From Cyanobacteria bacterium J06626_4 (GTDB lineage: Bacteria > Cyanobacteriota > Cyanobacteriia > Phormidesmidales > Phormidesmidaceae): a stretch of 64,000 bases of DNA. The position numbers and the translations under genes were made by a program. Below, piece by piece: positions 1 through 10,396 of the stretch (positions within the stretch are counted from its first letter, which is position 1; each line of letters starts with the position of its first letter). Below the pieces are notes generated by a model that saw nothing but the letters and a program-made list of their open reading frames with translations, made no database searches and was not told the DNA's origin. The stretch spans positions 1-64,000 of the forward strand of contig JBCBJQ010000004.1 in NCBI GenBank assembly GCA_038523235.1, written 5' to 3'.

Positions 1-693
1 TGCTACTCAATTAAATCAATTTAAAAAATCTTTTTATGTTTCTATAAAACAAGTAAATTCACTTAGATGCTGAAGCAGGCCCTTTTCCTGCTTGCTCTGC
101 GTGGATTTACAATTTGGTTTTACAGAATAAATTACTTCTTTAGGTCGAGTATACCCGAATCTTCTACAGTATCATTGATAAATTTCTAAAGGTATTATTG
201 AAAACAGCCTTTATTGCAATATGCAAAAGTTCTTGATGTCAGTAATAATACCGAAAAGAATTTTATGAACACTCTCTTTTAGCCGAAAAAATCATGGCTT
301 ATTGATTTTTGTAAAACTAATTTTATATTCTGAGACGAATTTGAATGGAGGCTTTGAGATGGCTTCAGGTAGGCAGCAAAAAACATCAGTCAATCTGCTG
401 ATATTCTTGAAAATGTCAGTCGAGTTATCCCAGAAAACACGTAGAAATCATCCAGCTTGATTGATAAACAAGGCATGCGTTAGCTGGATGATTCCATTTT
501 TTGAATGAGTATGAAGAGTTTGAGGAAGTAAAGTAAAGCATGGAAAACGTTGAGCTATCGGCTTGGTCAAAGTCGACCGTAAGTCTAGCGAGAACACGAC
601 GATACCTAAGCTTCTAGCAGTACTCCAAATCAGCGACTTTATCGTCAAAATTGATGGCATAGGCTCAAATGTGAGTGAACAGTGCGATCGCCC

Positions 694-852
694 CTAGTGG
701 TCTGTCAAATTTGAATTTGTGCGTCCTCAAAATTGCAGAGCAGATGTCTTGTTTGGACGGGCATCTTGCCCGTTTCCCCGACAGGAATCAATCCGGATGG
801 TCATCGTTCTGAAAGTCAACAACCCACAAATTGAGAACTAACAGACCCCTAG
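694..852. mobile_element. MITE-like non-autonomous element (159 bp)
   Basis: 28-bp imperfect terminal inverted repeats, 694-721 and 825-852, 22/28 matching, with CTAG at both outer ends; internal hairpin ACGGGCA-TCT-TGCCCGT at 757-773; no coding capacity. Confidence 0.6.
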
Positions 853-1461
853 CCCATACCCCATCAACAGTGCGTCCCCGACATATCCGCCGGTCTCCTC
901 AACGCCCTCAGCGACCGCGATCGCCCGCGTGATCCCCAGATTGGGCTGCCGCCTGGTTTTCAGTTCGTTACTTGACTCAACGAAAATCAATGAAATTCGT
1001 GCTTCGCTCGTTAACACCTTAAGGAGTCCCTGACTTGAGGTCATTTTGAGTAGACCTTTGTGCCATCAGGTTGTGACGTCGCTGTCGGCGTCAATTCCAT
1101 ACAGACGGCGACTTCTGGAGTAACAAACAGTATTGAAATGTAAATTCCATGGCGAGAGGAAATCCAGGTTCGCTATTAAATCAATGTAAGGAATCTCTCC
1201 TCGCCTGACTTTTGTCAGTCATCTTAGTGAGGTGAGATAGCCTGATCTCGCTGCCACGATAGTCCCGATTTTGATGTGGCCTGGTTTTGCGTCCCTCTTT
1301 GGGCATGAGGCCCAACCCCCTCGCAATCCGCAACGTTAGTCTTCAACACCCTAGCGAATACGCCTTGGCTCGAAAGAGGTCGTTCTCTTTTGCCGAGTCA
1401 GTGTGTGAGCTGAAGGTGACCCCGTTCTTAATCGCTACCCGATGCGGTGGCTAAAACCTAA

Positions 1462-4071
1462 ATGAGTGAATTCAGCACAATTTCTCAGTCCCCAGTTTCG
1501 CGAAACCAGCCAGCTGATCCCCACTGTGAGCTGGGGGTTTGTGTCTGTATTCACGGACATTTTTATCAGCCCCCGCGCGAAAATCCTTACCTCGGAGCGA
1601 TTGAGGCTCAGCCCAGCGCCGCGCCCTTCCACGATTGGAATGAACGCATTTATCACGAGTGCTATCGCCCCAATGCCTTCGCGCGCATTTTGAATGAGCA
1701 GGGCGAAGTTATCGATATCGTCAACAACTTTGCTCACATCAGCTTTAATATTGGCCCCACGCTGATGAGCTGGCTAGAGCGCCATGATCCCGAAACCTAT
1801 CGGCGCATTTTAGAGGCCGATCACGAGAGCTGCGAACGTCTCTCAGGGCATGGCAACGCGATCGCCCAGGTGTATAACCACATCATCATGCCGCTGGCGA
1901 ACGATCGCGACCAGCGCACCCAAATTCGCTGGGGCAAGGCAGACTTTGTGGCCCGATTTGGCCGTGATCCTGAGGGCATCTGGCTGGCCGAAACGGCAGT
2001 TGATTATCCCACTCTCGAAGCGCTGGTGGACGAAGGTTTTCGCTTTACGATTTTGGCCCCTTCGCAGGTGCAGCGCTGTCGCCCGCTCCCCAGTCCCGAT
2101 CAGCCCGAGTTGGACTGGCAGGAAGTCGCCGGCGGGCAGATTGATCCCACCCGGCCCTATCGCTGCTTTTTGCCTAGCATTCACCCCGATGGCCGTCAGC
2201 GCTATATCGACGTGTTTTTCTACGATGGCCCGATTTCGCGTGATATGGGGTTCAATGACGTGTTGGGCTCTTCGCAACATTTTGCCGGCCGGGTGGGTCA
2301 GGCGGTGCGCGGTGACCATCGACCGTCGCAAATTATTGGCGTCGCCACCGACGGTGAAACCTTTGGCCATCACCGGGGCGGGGCCGAAAAGACGCTAGCC
2401 TACGCGGTAACCCAAGAATTTCCTGATCAGGGGTGGACGGTGACTAACTTTGCCCACTACCTGAGCTGCCAGCCGCCTACCTGGGAAGCGGTACTGAAAC
2501 CGGTCACGGCCTGGAGCTGCTCCCACGGCGTCGATCGCTGGCAAGACGATTGTGGCTGCGGCGGCGGCGGCCTGTGGCACCAAAAGTGGCGACGTCCCCT
2601 GCGCGATGCTCTGGACTGGCTGCGGGATGAACTCGCTGACATCTTTGAGGTGAACGGGGCGCAGTTTTTTGATGATCCCTGGGCAGCGCGAGATGCCTAT
2701 GTCGAGGTCATTCGCGATCGCAGCGAACAGCGACAGCGACAGTTTTTTGCCACCTATCAATCGCACAAACTGACCTCGGCAGACAAGATCGAAGCGCTGC
2801 GACTGCTGGAAATGCAGTATCACGGCCTGCTGATGTACACCAGCTGCGGTTGGTTTTTTGATGAAATCTCGCGCCCAGAGGGGACCCAGATTTTGCGTTA
2901 CGCCGCCCGGGCGATCGAACTGGCGGGAGAAATCACTGGCGTCGAACTAGAACCGCAGTTCATTCAGCAGCTGGAGCCAGGACTGAGTAACGTGCCTCAG
3001 TTTGTTACCGCGGCGGGCGTTTATCGTCAACTGGTGTTGCCGTCTCAGGTGAGTTTAGAGCAGGTCGCGGCCCACTACGCCATGAGTTCGCTGTTTACGC
3101 CCTATCAGGCAGAGCAGCGTCTCTACTGCTACACCATTCACCAGCAAGACTATCAGGTGCAGCGGATGGGGCCGCTGTCGCTAGCAGTGGGTCGTCTGCA
3201 AATTAAATCCGATGTGACCCGCGATCGCTCTGACCTGAGCTTTGTTGTGCTGCATCTAGGTGGTTGGGACTTCCACTGCTGCGTTAGCGGCTTTCGGCGG
3301 CGGCTCGATTATCAGCGAGCCAAGGAGGCCATTTTAGCCGCGTTTACCAGCGCCAGTGCGGCGCAGGTGATTCTGGCGATGAATGCTGCGTTTGGGGATC
3401 ACGTCTATAACCTGCAGACGCTTTTTACCGAAGAGCGCCACCGCATCATGCAGTTGCTGAGCCACGACACCCTGCAGCGCCTCGACCAGCTCTACAGCCA
3501 GGTTTATCGCAACAATTACGGGCTGATCACCGCATTTCACCGTGATGGCTTAGCCGTACCGCAGGAATTGCAGGTGGCGGCAGAAGTGGCGATTCGCCAC
3601 CGGGCGCTAGAAGGACTACACGCGCTGGAACAAGAAACCAGCAATCGCCCCAGCGACCCCCTCCACCGCAACACAGTGCATCTGATGCAGCTGGAAACGA
3701 TCGCTCAAGAGGCGCAGCAGTTTCACTGTGACTGTCACCTACCCGAGGGGCAGCGCATCATCGAAGGGATCATCTGGCGATCGCTGCATCATTTCCTCAG
3801 CCACCCGCGAGCGTCGAGTCTGCTCGAAGATGTCGATTGGCTGCGCCGTCTGATTGAGTTGGGCCACACGTTGGGAGGCATTTCTCTAGCGCGTGCCCAA
3901 GAGCTGTATTGGCATTCCATCCATGATTGGCTGCAGCGATTGGAGCATCGTGATCCCACCCAAGCCAACGCCAAACTCAAGCCCCTCTTAAAGCTGGCTC
4001 ACTATCTGGCCATTGATCCCGCAGCGTTGCTGGCGCATCACCAGTTTCGGCAGTTCACCTCAGCGGATTAA
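1462..4071 (+). CDS. Glycoside hydrolase family 57 / DUF3536 domain protein
   Basis: HGHFYQPPRENP N-terminal motif, WLAETA nucleophile region, ATDGETFGHH, WSCSHGVDRW and MYTSCGWFFDE motifs; 869 aa. Confidence 0.9.
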   Translation: MSEFSTISQSPVSRNQPADPHCELGVCVCIHGHFYQPPRENPYLGAIEAQPSAAPFHDWNERIYHECYRPNAFARILNEQGEVIDIVNNFAHISFNIGPTLMSWLERHDPETYRRILEADHESCERLSGHGNAIAQVYNHIIMPLANDRDQRTQIRWGKADFVARFGRDPEGIWLAETAVDYPTLEALVDEGFRFTILAPSQVQRCRPLPSPDQPELDWQEVAGGQIDPTRPYRCFLPSIHPDGRQRYIDVFFYDGPISRDMGFNDVLGSSQHFAGRVGQAVRGDHRPSQIIGVATDGETFGHHRGGAEKTLAYAVTQEFPDQGWTVTNFAHYLSCQPPTWEAVLKPVTAWSCSHGVDRWQDDCGCGGGGLWHQKWRRPLRDALDWLRDELADIFEVNGAQFFDDPWAARDAYVEVIRDRSEQRQRQFFATYQSHKLTSADKIEALRLLEMQYHGLLMYTSCGWFFDEISRPEGTQILRYAARAIELAGEITGVELEPQFIQQLEPGLSNVPQFVTAAGVYRQLVLPSQVSLEQVAAHYAMSSLFTPYQAEQRLYCYTIHQQDYQVQRMGPLSLAVGRLQIKSDVTRDRSDLSFVVLHLGGWDFHCCVSGFRRRLDYQRAKEAILAAFTSASAAQVILAMNAAFGDHVYNLQTLFTEERHRIMQLLSHDTLQRLDQLYSQVYRNNYGLITAFHRDGLAVPQELQVAAEVAIRHRALEGLHALEQETSNRPSDPLHRNTVHLMQLETIAQEAQQFHCDCHLPEGQRIIEGIIWRSLHHFLSHPRASSLLEDVDWLRRLIELGHTLGGISLARAQELYWHSIHDWLQRLEHRDPTQANAKLKPLLKLAHYLAIDPAALLAHHQFRQFTSAD

Positions 4072-4364
4072 GCCAGGCGATCGCGGGGCATAAACTGCAC
4101 GACGGGCGGGGTCGGATCGCTGACCTTGCCCACCCCAGCAAAGCCCCAGCGGTTGAGCAAATCTTTGAGCTGATACGCCGGGACGGACTCCACGGCAAAG
4201 CGATCGCGCACCTCTGGCGCGTGGGTGCTGAGATAGGCCAAGGCTTCATAGTCAGCGGCAAAAATTAGCAGATAGGTTTGCTCGGTTGCCGTTTCGTCAG
4301 GACGGGCCGCCAGATGTCGCCCATCTTGTTTGGACCGCAGAAGAAAATAGACTTGAGAATACAT
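4068..4364 (-). CDS. Conserved cyanobacterial hypothetical protein
   Basis: Probable start MYSQVYFLLRSK at 4364 (track ORF extends to 4445); 4-bp stop overlap with the GH57 gene. Confidence 0.7.
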   Translation of the reverse strand: MYSQVYFLLRSKQDGRHLAARPDETATEQTYLLIFAADYEALAYLSTHAPEVRDRFAVESVPAYQLKDLLNRWGFAGVGKVSDPTPPVVQFMPRDRLA

Positions 4365-4567
4365 GGAGGCGATGCCGTGTCGCGACAGAAACGTTGAGCC
4401 AGCACATCCCCCATCGGAATAGCGCTGATTATCAGGATATAGCAAGCGGCATGTTGATCAAGTCACTCGGGCTGGTGGCCATGGCGATCGGCTCAGCCTG
4501 GCAGTGTTGACTGCCGACCGCTGCAGGTGATCGGGCCTGATCTTTCCCGCAGGGGATACTGCCCTGG

Positions 4568-5443
4568 CTACACCTGCTCTAATTTCGGATTGCGGGCGAG
4601 CAGATAGGAATTATAGAGATTTTGAAACACGATGTAGAACATTGGCCCCAGGGCAATCACCGGTGTCAGAAAGGTGAGGCAAATCCAAATGCTAAACAAC
4701 GTATTTTTTTGCCCGAGTGACTGTCCCATCTCTTGTCCCCAGTCATAACCGCCCAACCAGCGTCCCATGCCAAAGTTAACCACGCACAACAGCAGAGATA
4801 CCAGCGCAATCTCGATTAACAAGCTCTGCGATGAGGTCGACTCCGCTTCGATGAAATGCGTCGCCTTGGCAGTCGCGAGATAAATTGCCCCAACCCATAA
4901 ATAAAACCCGGCTTGTTTGACTGGCAGAAGTTGCTTAACGAGCTGAGGAGACAGCTTTTGCAGCAGTTGGGTCAGGGCCAGTGGCAGCAGCACTACCACG
5001 AGGGTATTCAGCAGAGCGACCCAGTTAATGCCCGCTTGCGCCGTCGGGCTCAATACCGGCAAAATCAGCGGCAACGCAATGGCAGAAAAGCTATTCGTCA
5101 CAATGACTGACGTCATCACATAATCCACTCGACCATTGAGCAGGCGCGTCATCACTGGTGCGGCGGCTGCCGTGGGGGCCATTGCCACCATAAAGGCCGT
5201 CAGTCCTAAATCAGGGCTAAACCAGTTGCCAACCCAGGCCGTCATGCCGCCAATGGCCATCATCATAGCCACAATGATCCCCAAGCGCGGATTCAAGGCT
5301 GACTTGGCATCCACTTCCAGATCCAACAGCGAGCAAAAGAGAATCAGCATGATGCAATAGCGGATTAAAAAGGCATAGCTGTGGCCTTGGGGCAAAAGCA
5401 CGCCGCAGGCAATGGCGCTAAACAAGAAAACTGATTTTTTCAT
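4568..5443 (-). CDS. Bile acid:sodium symporter (BASS) family transporter
   Basis: About 9 hydrophobic segments, APTAAAAP and GQKNT motifs; probable start MKKSVF at 5443. Confidence 0.75.
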   Translation of the reverse strand: MKKSVFLFSAIACGVLLPQGHSYAFLIRYCIMLILFCSLLDLEVDAKSALNPRLGIIVAMMMAIGGMTAWVGNWFSPDLGLTAFMVAMAPTAAAAPVMTRLLNGRVDYVMTSVIVTNSFSAIALPLILPVLSPTAQAGINWVALLNTLVVVLLPLALTQLLQKLSPQLVKQLLPVKQAGFYLWVGAIYLATAKATHFIEAESTSSQSLLIEIALVSLLLCVVNFGMGRWLGGYDWGQEMGQSLGQKNTLFSIWICLTFLTPVIALGPMFYIVFQNLYNSYLLARNPKLEQV

Positions 5444-5604
5444 GCGGGCAACCAGACGCAGAGCGCTTACCAGGCTACCCTGCGGGGGGTAACGCAAGGG
5501 TTTGAGGTGAACTGTTGTGTCATCTCCCTAGCAGGCCTAATCTTCTCCGGCGAGTGTCTGGGCATCCTCTAAACTGTTAAGGCACCTCTGGGAGACTGGC
5601 GCGG

Positions 5605-6600
5605 GTGAAAATTGCTCTGATTATTGGGGTTATCGTGGCCCTTGGCATTGGCGCGATTGAAATCGGGCTGCGGCTATTTTTTGGGTTTGGCAAACCCCCC
5701 TTGTATATTGCTGACCCACAAACCGGCTATCGGCTAACGCCCAACCAGCGCACCAAGCGGTTTGGCAACATCTTTGAGATCAACGAATATTCGATGCGCG
5801 GCCCGGCGATCGCCCCACAACCCGAGCCGCAAACCCTGCGCGTACTGCTTTTGGGTGACTCGATCGCCAACGGCGGCTGGTGGACTGATCAGTCTGAGAC
5901 GATCGCCGTGCAGGTGCAGCGGCATCTGAGCGCGGTGCCGCGACCGGCCTATCCAGTGGTGGAAGTGCTCAACGCCTCGGCCAACTCTTGGGGGCCGCGC
6001 AACGAACTCGCCTACTTGGCCAAGTTTGGCACCTTCGACTCTCAGGTCGTGTTGCTGTTACTCAACACCGATGACCTGTTTGCTACTGCCCCCACGTCGC
6101 TACAGGTGGGCCGCGATCGTGCCTATCCCAATCGGTATCCGCCGCTGGCAATTGCGGAAGTTCTTGGCCGGTTTCTCAAATCACCCCCGATCCCCGAGCT
6201 GCAGGCTGTGACTCAAGAGGGGGGCGATCGCGTGGGCGTTAATTTAGAAGCGGTACGACAGCTGCACCGCCTGACTCAGCAGTCAGAGGCCCGGCTGATT
6301 GTGGCAATGACGCCGCTGCTGCGCGAAGTCGTGCCCCCTGGCCCGCGCGATTATGAACTCCAAGCCCGACAGCGAGTGAGTCAGTTTGCCAACCAGGAAC
6401 ACCTGGTCTATGTTGACTTTTTGGCCGATTTTCAGAATGCGCCAGAGCCAGAAGCCCTCTATCGCGATCACATTCACCTCAGCCCCGAGGGCTATGCCCT
6501 GGCCAGCAAAACCCTCAGCCTGACGATTCAACAGGCGCTTGAGCCGTCGAAAAGTAAACCAACGGCTTTGCCCGACAGCCTGTTGGATGATCCCTGGTAG
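5605..6600 (+). CDS. SGNH/GDSL hydrolase family protein, N-terminally membrane-anchored
   Basis: LLLGDSIANG block I, LNTDD block III, DHIH block V, N-terminal TM helix. Confidence 0.85.
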   Translation: MKIALIIGVIVALGIGAIEIGLRLFFGFGKPPLYIADPQTGYRLTPNQRTKRFGNIFEINEYSMRGPAIAPQPEPQTLRVLLLGDSIANGGWWTDQSETIAVQVQRHLSAVPRPAYPVVEVLNASANSWGPRNELAYLAKFGTFDSQVVLLLLNTDDLFATAPTSLQVGRDRAYPNRYPPLAIAEVLGRFLKSPPIPELQAVTQEGGDRVGVNLEAVRQLHRLTQQSEARLIVAMTPLLREVVPPGPRDYELQARQRVSQFANQEHLVYVDFLADFQNAPEPEALYRDHIHLSPEGYALASKTLSLTIQQALEPSKSKPTALPDSLLDDPW

Positions 6601-6956
6601 GAGTGTGGGGCGGGATGGATTCGGAGGGGGCAAGCCATCCATCAACGTAGGTTTAGGGATAATCTCCCGCCTCACTTGTCATCCCTGCCTAAGCACCCAT
6701 GTCGCGGAGCGGCCCGGCCCTGAGGCTCTGGAATTTAGCCAAATTAGTCTCTGACATGGCTAAATTAGGTCAAGCGATTGAGGCCTCAATCCGCGATCTC
6801 AGTGAGAAGCAGTTGCTCAATTAGGCGATGGCCTTGGCTGACTGCTGGCGCCTGGCCCCGCCGTCGACCTCAAAGCTGGATCGTAGAAACGCCAGTTTTT
6901 TTGCCTAAACTCCAGTTACGCTGTCAGTTGTTAGTCCCTTACAGCAGAGTGACCTT

Positions 6957-7832
6957 ATGGAGACATCTTCACCCTACACCCCGCCCTCAGTCTGGCAATG
7001 GGATACTGAGAGCGGTGGCACCTGGGCCAGCACGAACCGCCCCATCGCCGGGCCGACTCACGAGAAGGAACTACCGGTGGGGCAGCACCCGTTGCAGCTC
7101 TACTCACTGGCGACCCCCAATGGGCAAAAGGTCACCATCATGCTGGAGGAACTTCTAGCGCTGGGGATCACGGCCGCTGAATACGACGCTTACCCCATCC
7201 GCATCAACAAAGGCGACCAGTTTGGCAGTGGTTTTGTCGCCGTGAATCCCAACTCCAAAATTCCTGCCTTCGTCGATCGCAGCACGAATCCTCCCACTCG
7301 TGTCTTTGAATCAGGATCGATTTTGCTCTATCTGGCAGAAAAATTTGGCGCATTGCTGCCGACTGAGCCCGCCCACCGCACCGCATGCTTGTCTTGGCTG
7401 TTTTGGCAGATGGGTTCAGCTCCCTATGTCGGCGGCGGGTTTGGCCATTTTTATAACTATGCGCCCACCAAAATCGAATACTGCATCGATCGCTTCACGA
7501 TGGAAACCAAGCGCCAGCTTGACGTGCTAGATCGCCAGCTCGCCGACCAGCCCTATGTCGCTGGTGATGTCTACACGATTGCCGACATCGCCATCTGGCC
7601 CTGGTACGGTGGGCTCGTCCTCAATCGCCTCTACAATGCTGCTGAGTTTGTCGATGCTCCGTCTTACAAAAACCTCATGCGCTGGGCGGAAGCGATCGAT
7701 GCGCGGCCAGCGGTGCAACGCGGCCGCATGGTGAATCGGACTTGGGGCCCGCCGGGAGAGCAGCTCCATGAACGGCATGCAGCCAGTGATTTCGACAATC
7801 GCACTCAAGACAAAATAGGAGCAGCAGATTAG
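6957..7832 (+). CDS. yghU: Glutathione-dependent disulfide-bond oxidoreductase (GST Nu class)
   Basis: YTPPSVWQW...NRPIAGPTHEKELP N-terminal extension, TPNGQK, NPNSKIP, FESGSIL, QLHERHAASDF C-terminus. Confidence 0.92.
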   Translation: METSSPYTPPSVWQWDTESGGTWASTNRPIAGPTHEKELPVGQHPLQLYSLATPNGQKVTIMLEELLALGITAAEYDAYPIRINKGDQFGSGFVAVNPNSKIPAFVDRSTNPPTRVFESGSILLYLAEKFGALLPTEPAHRTACLSWLFWQMGSAPYVGGGFGHFYNYAPTKIEYCIDRFTMETKRQLDVLDRQLADQPYVAGDVYTIADIAIWPWYGGLVLNRLYNAAEFVDAPSYKNLMRWAEAIDARPAVQRGRMVNRTWGPPGEQLHERHAASDFDNRTQDKIGAAD

Positions 7833-8079
7833 AGGGAAGGTAGACCAGTTAAGCCGGTCAGTAGTTGCCGAGAAGAATGTTGGAACAGAAATAAAAAATC
7901 TTCTTCTGGATCAAGATTCCTTTTGCGTGAGTAACTATTCTCAGATAGATCTCATCCTTCAAATTCGCTTTTACTACTGCATTGAAGGGGCAGTCTCATC
8001 ATTGTCAGATATATCTTTTGAATTTTTGATATTAGACAAGAGTGAGCCATGCGGAAGCTCAAGGCAAGCACGTCATCGC

Positions 8080-8364
8080 CTAACAACAATCTTCCTCAAC
8101 CTGCTCAAGTAAATTCAATGCTTCCATATCTTCATATTCTTCGAATAAAGAACGGACATTGTTCATTTGGCTACAAACCAAAAAGAGTTCATCTTGTCCA
8201 AGTGCCAAGCTACGCTGTAGTTTGGCTCGAAAGTATGCTGACCAAGGACTAGGATGAGGAGGATTCTCACTATATTGCTTGACATGGCTGATAATCAGAC
8301 ATGATTTCCCCTCACAATCTGTCCCTTCAAAACTAATGTATCGATTGACATTTTGTTGTGACAT
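8080..8364 (-). CDS. cowN: N2-fixation sustaining protein CowN (protects nitrogenase from CO)
   Basis: 94 aa; RYISFEGTDCEG N-terminus, W..YF..KL, DELFLV.SQMNNVRSLFEEYED, and C-terminal LLEQVEEDCC match the CowN pattern. Confidence 0.8.
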   Translation of the reverse strand: MSQQNVNRYISFEGTDCEGKSCLIISHVKQYSENPPHPSPWSAYFRAKLQRSLALGQDELFLVCSQMNNVRSLFEEYEDMEALNLLEQVEEDCC

Positions 8365-8695
8365 GATTTTACATTCCTTTCTGTAACGGGTACCGTAGCT
8401 TGCTATTTCAGTAAATTTGTTTATGGAGAGTAGGCGATCACTTCACCGTGACTCTGTGCAGGGATATAAAAGCGAGCATTCAGCACTCACAAAACGATGC
8501 TTCATAGCCCAAGCTCACTGCTACCGCAACCATGTGTAACGCAGGATTTTTAGCTGCCATGAAAGCTAAATTTATTCAGGAGCTGGCGGGCGATCTCAAC
8601 TGATAGCTTGGCGAACCTACGGAGAAGAATGTGAGCGCATTAGATGCGGTCGCATTAATCTAAATTCACTGCTTTAAAACAGTGAATTTAGATTA

Positions 8696-9535
8696 ATGCG
8701 AATCGCTCTGACCGAACAGACCTCGATCGGGTACCTTTCTAATCAGCAGGTGTTAAGTCAAATGGAAAACTTTGCCGAATCTGCTCTCCAACACTTATTC
8801 GAAACGATTGCTCAAGCACAGAATGAGACTGAACTCAGGTGCTCAATCATGGCAGAGGTGGGAAATTATTTTGCCGCTAGTCGCTGGGGATTCCATTTTC
8901 GCGATCAGGTTGCCGCAGTAGATCAAGATGATTCAGTCATTATGCGGCTGGCGCTATCGCTAGACTATAATCCTGTGCTCCGTTATGTGGTTCAACGTCA
9001 TACGGCTGTGCATGATGAAGTGATCTTACCGCCTGGCATGTGGCAGACGATTTGTCCTCGCGCTGATCATGGGCATGTGATGTTAGGCCCTATCGTCAGT
9101 CAGAACCAGCTGATGGGTGGCATCGCCCTGACCCGCCACCGAGATACTGCCGCTTTTGATGCGAATGATCTAGCTGACTTAAGTGCACTATGTCTCCATT
9201 TTTCTATGCGGCTGGCGACCTTGCGTGCTCAACAAATTGCTTTTGGTTTGGAGTGCGATCGCTTCACACATCGCGAATCACAAATTGCCAACTTAGTGGC
9301 TCAGGGATTAACGAATCGGGAAATTGGTGCAGGTTTGTGGATTACAGAAAATTCAGTCAAAAAAGCTTTGAAACGAATGTTTCGCAAGCTGCAAGTTTCA
9401 TCACGTGCTGAGATGGTGGCGCAACTTTCTACAGAAACAGCGAGCGTTTCTGCCAACCCAAAAGGGCACTTGTCTTGGTTAATCATCGGTCGGCTCAATC
9501 CTAAAGACCAACCGAGCAACAAGCCTCACCGCTGA
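8696..9535 (+). CDS. LuxR-family transcriptional regulator with GAF-like N-terminal sensor domain
   Basis: C-terminal HTH THRESQIANLVAQGLTNREIGAGLWITENSVKKALKRMFRKL; N-terminal NPVLRY...CPRADHGHVMLGPIV; the true start may be 8762. Confidence 0.85.
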   Translation: MRIALTEQTSIGYLSNQQVLSQMENFAESALQHLFETIAQAQNETELRCSIMAEVGNYFAASRWGFHFRDQVAAVDQDDSVIMRLALSLDYNPVLRYVVQRHTAVHDEVILPPGMWQTICPRADHGHVMLGPIVSQNQLMGGIALTRHRDTAAFDANDLADLSALCLHFSMRLATLRAQQIAFGLECDRFTHRESQIANLVAQGLTNREIGAGLWITENSVKKALKRMFRKLQVSSRAEMVAQLSTETASVSANPKGHLSWLIIGRLNPKDQPSNKPHR

Positions 9536-9814
9536 GCAGCCGTTCTTTTTGGCCATGTAGATGGTGTTTGCCCCATCCATTCGCACTAGTTTTGTTAGCC
9601 ATATACGGGGTGGTGCGGTTGAAGAATCAATTGAGCCGATGGCGATGGCGATCGCCCAGATGCTCAAATCTACTCTGGAATGCTGACGAGGTTCTGCACC
9701 TCGATCGCCACCTCAAGGAACGCGACCAGATAGATGGTGCCACAACTCAAGGTATTTTGTTGGGCAGAATCACTGTTCTGGCGATCGCTAAACATTGTCG
9801 AGGATTCATGCAAG

Positions 9815-10267
9815 ATGACAGAATGGCGCACAGTCGCGGGGACGATCGCCGAGGGGTATCGGGTGGCTTCTGGATTGACTGACAGTAGCCCTTATCCCGA
9901 GGGCACGTTGGCGATGCAATTGCCGTATTTTTTAGAGCGGGGCTTTGATTTACGGCCCTACTTTCTGGGCACGCTGAATGTGGCGATTGCCCCTCACCAA
10001 TACCAGCTGGTCAATCCGCCCATCACTCTGGAGCAGGTGCCGTGGACCGCAGCGCACGCGCCAGAGACGTTTTCCTTTGCTCACTGTCGCCTGACGTGGC
10101 AAGGCCGTACCGACGACGGCTGGATCTACTATCCCCATCCAGAAACCAAGCCGATGCATTTTCAACACCCCGACCGGGTAGAGGTTCTGATGCCTCAAAT
10201 TGCCGGTATTCAATATGGCGATCGCGTGCAGTTAGCCGTGCTGACCGATGAAGTCCACATTGATTGA
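9815..10267 (+). CDS. Hypothetical protein resembling the CTP-dependent riboflavin kinase fold
   Basis: GTIAEGYRVASG, YFLGTLNV and YGDRVQL motifs; probable start MTEW at 9815. Confidence 0.55.
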   Translation: MTEWRTVAGTIAEGYRVASGLTDSSPYPEGTLAMQLPYFLERGFDLRPYFLGTLNVAIAPHQYQLVNPPITLEQVPWTAAHAPETFSFAHCRLTWQGRTDDGWIYYPHPETKPMHFQHPDRVEVLMPQIAGIQYGDRVQLAVLTDEVHID

Positions 10268-10396
10268 CAATCCCTCTAGTATGGTGGCGCTGGCCTAGCC
10301 GGGACGGTGGGCCGTAGAGGCTTCTAGTCGGGATCTTGGCGAAGCGCTGGGGCTCTGAGTCAGCCGACTGCCGGTGGCATGGGCGGGGCACAATGC

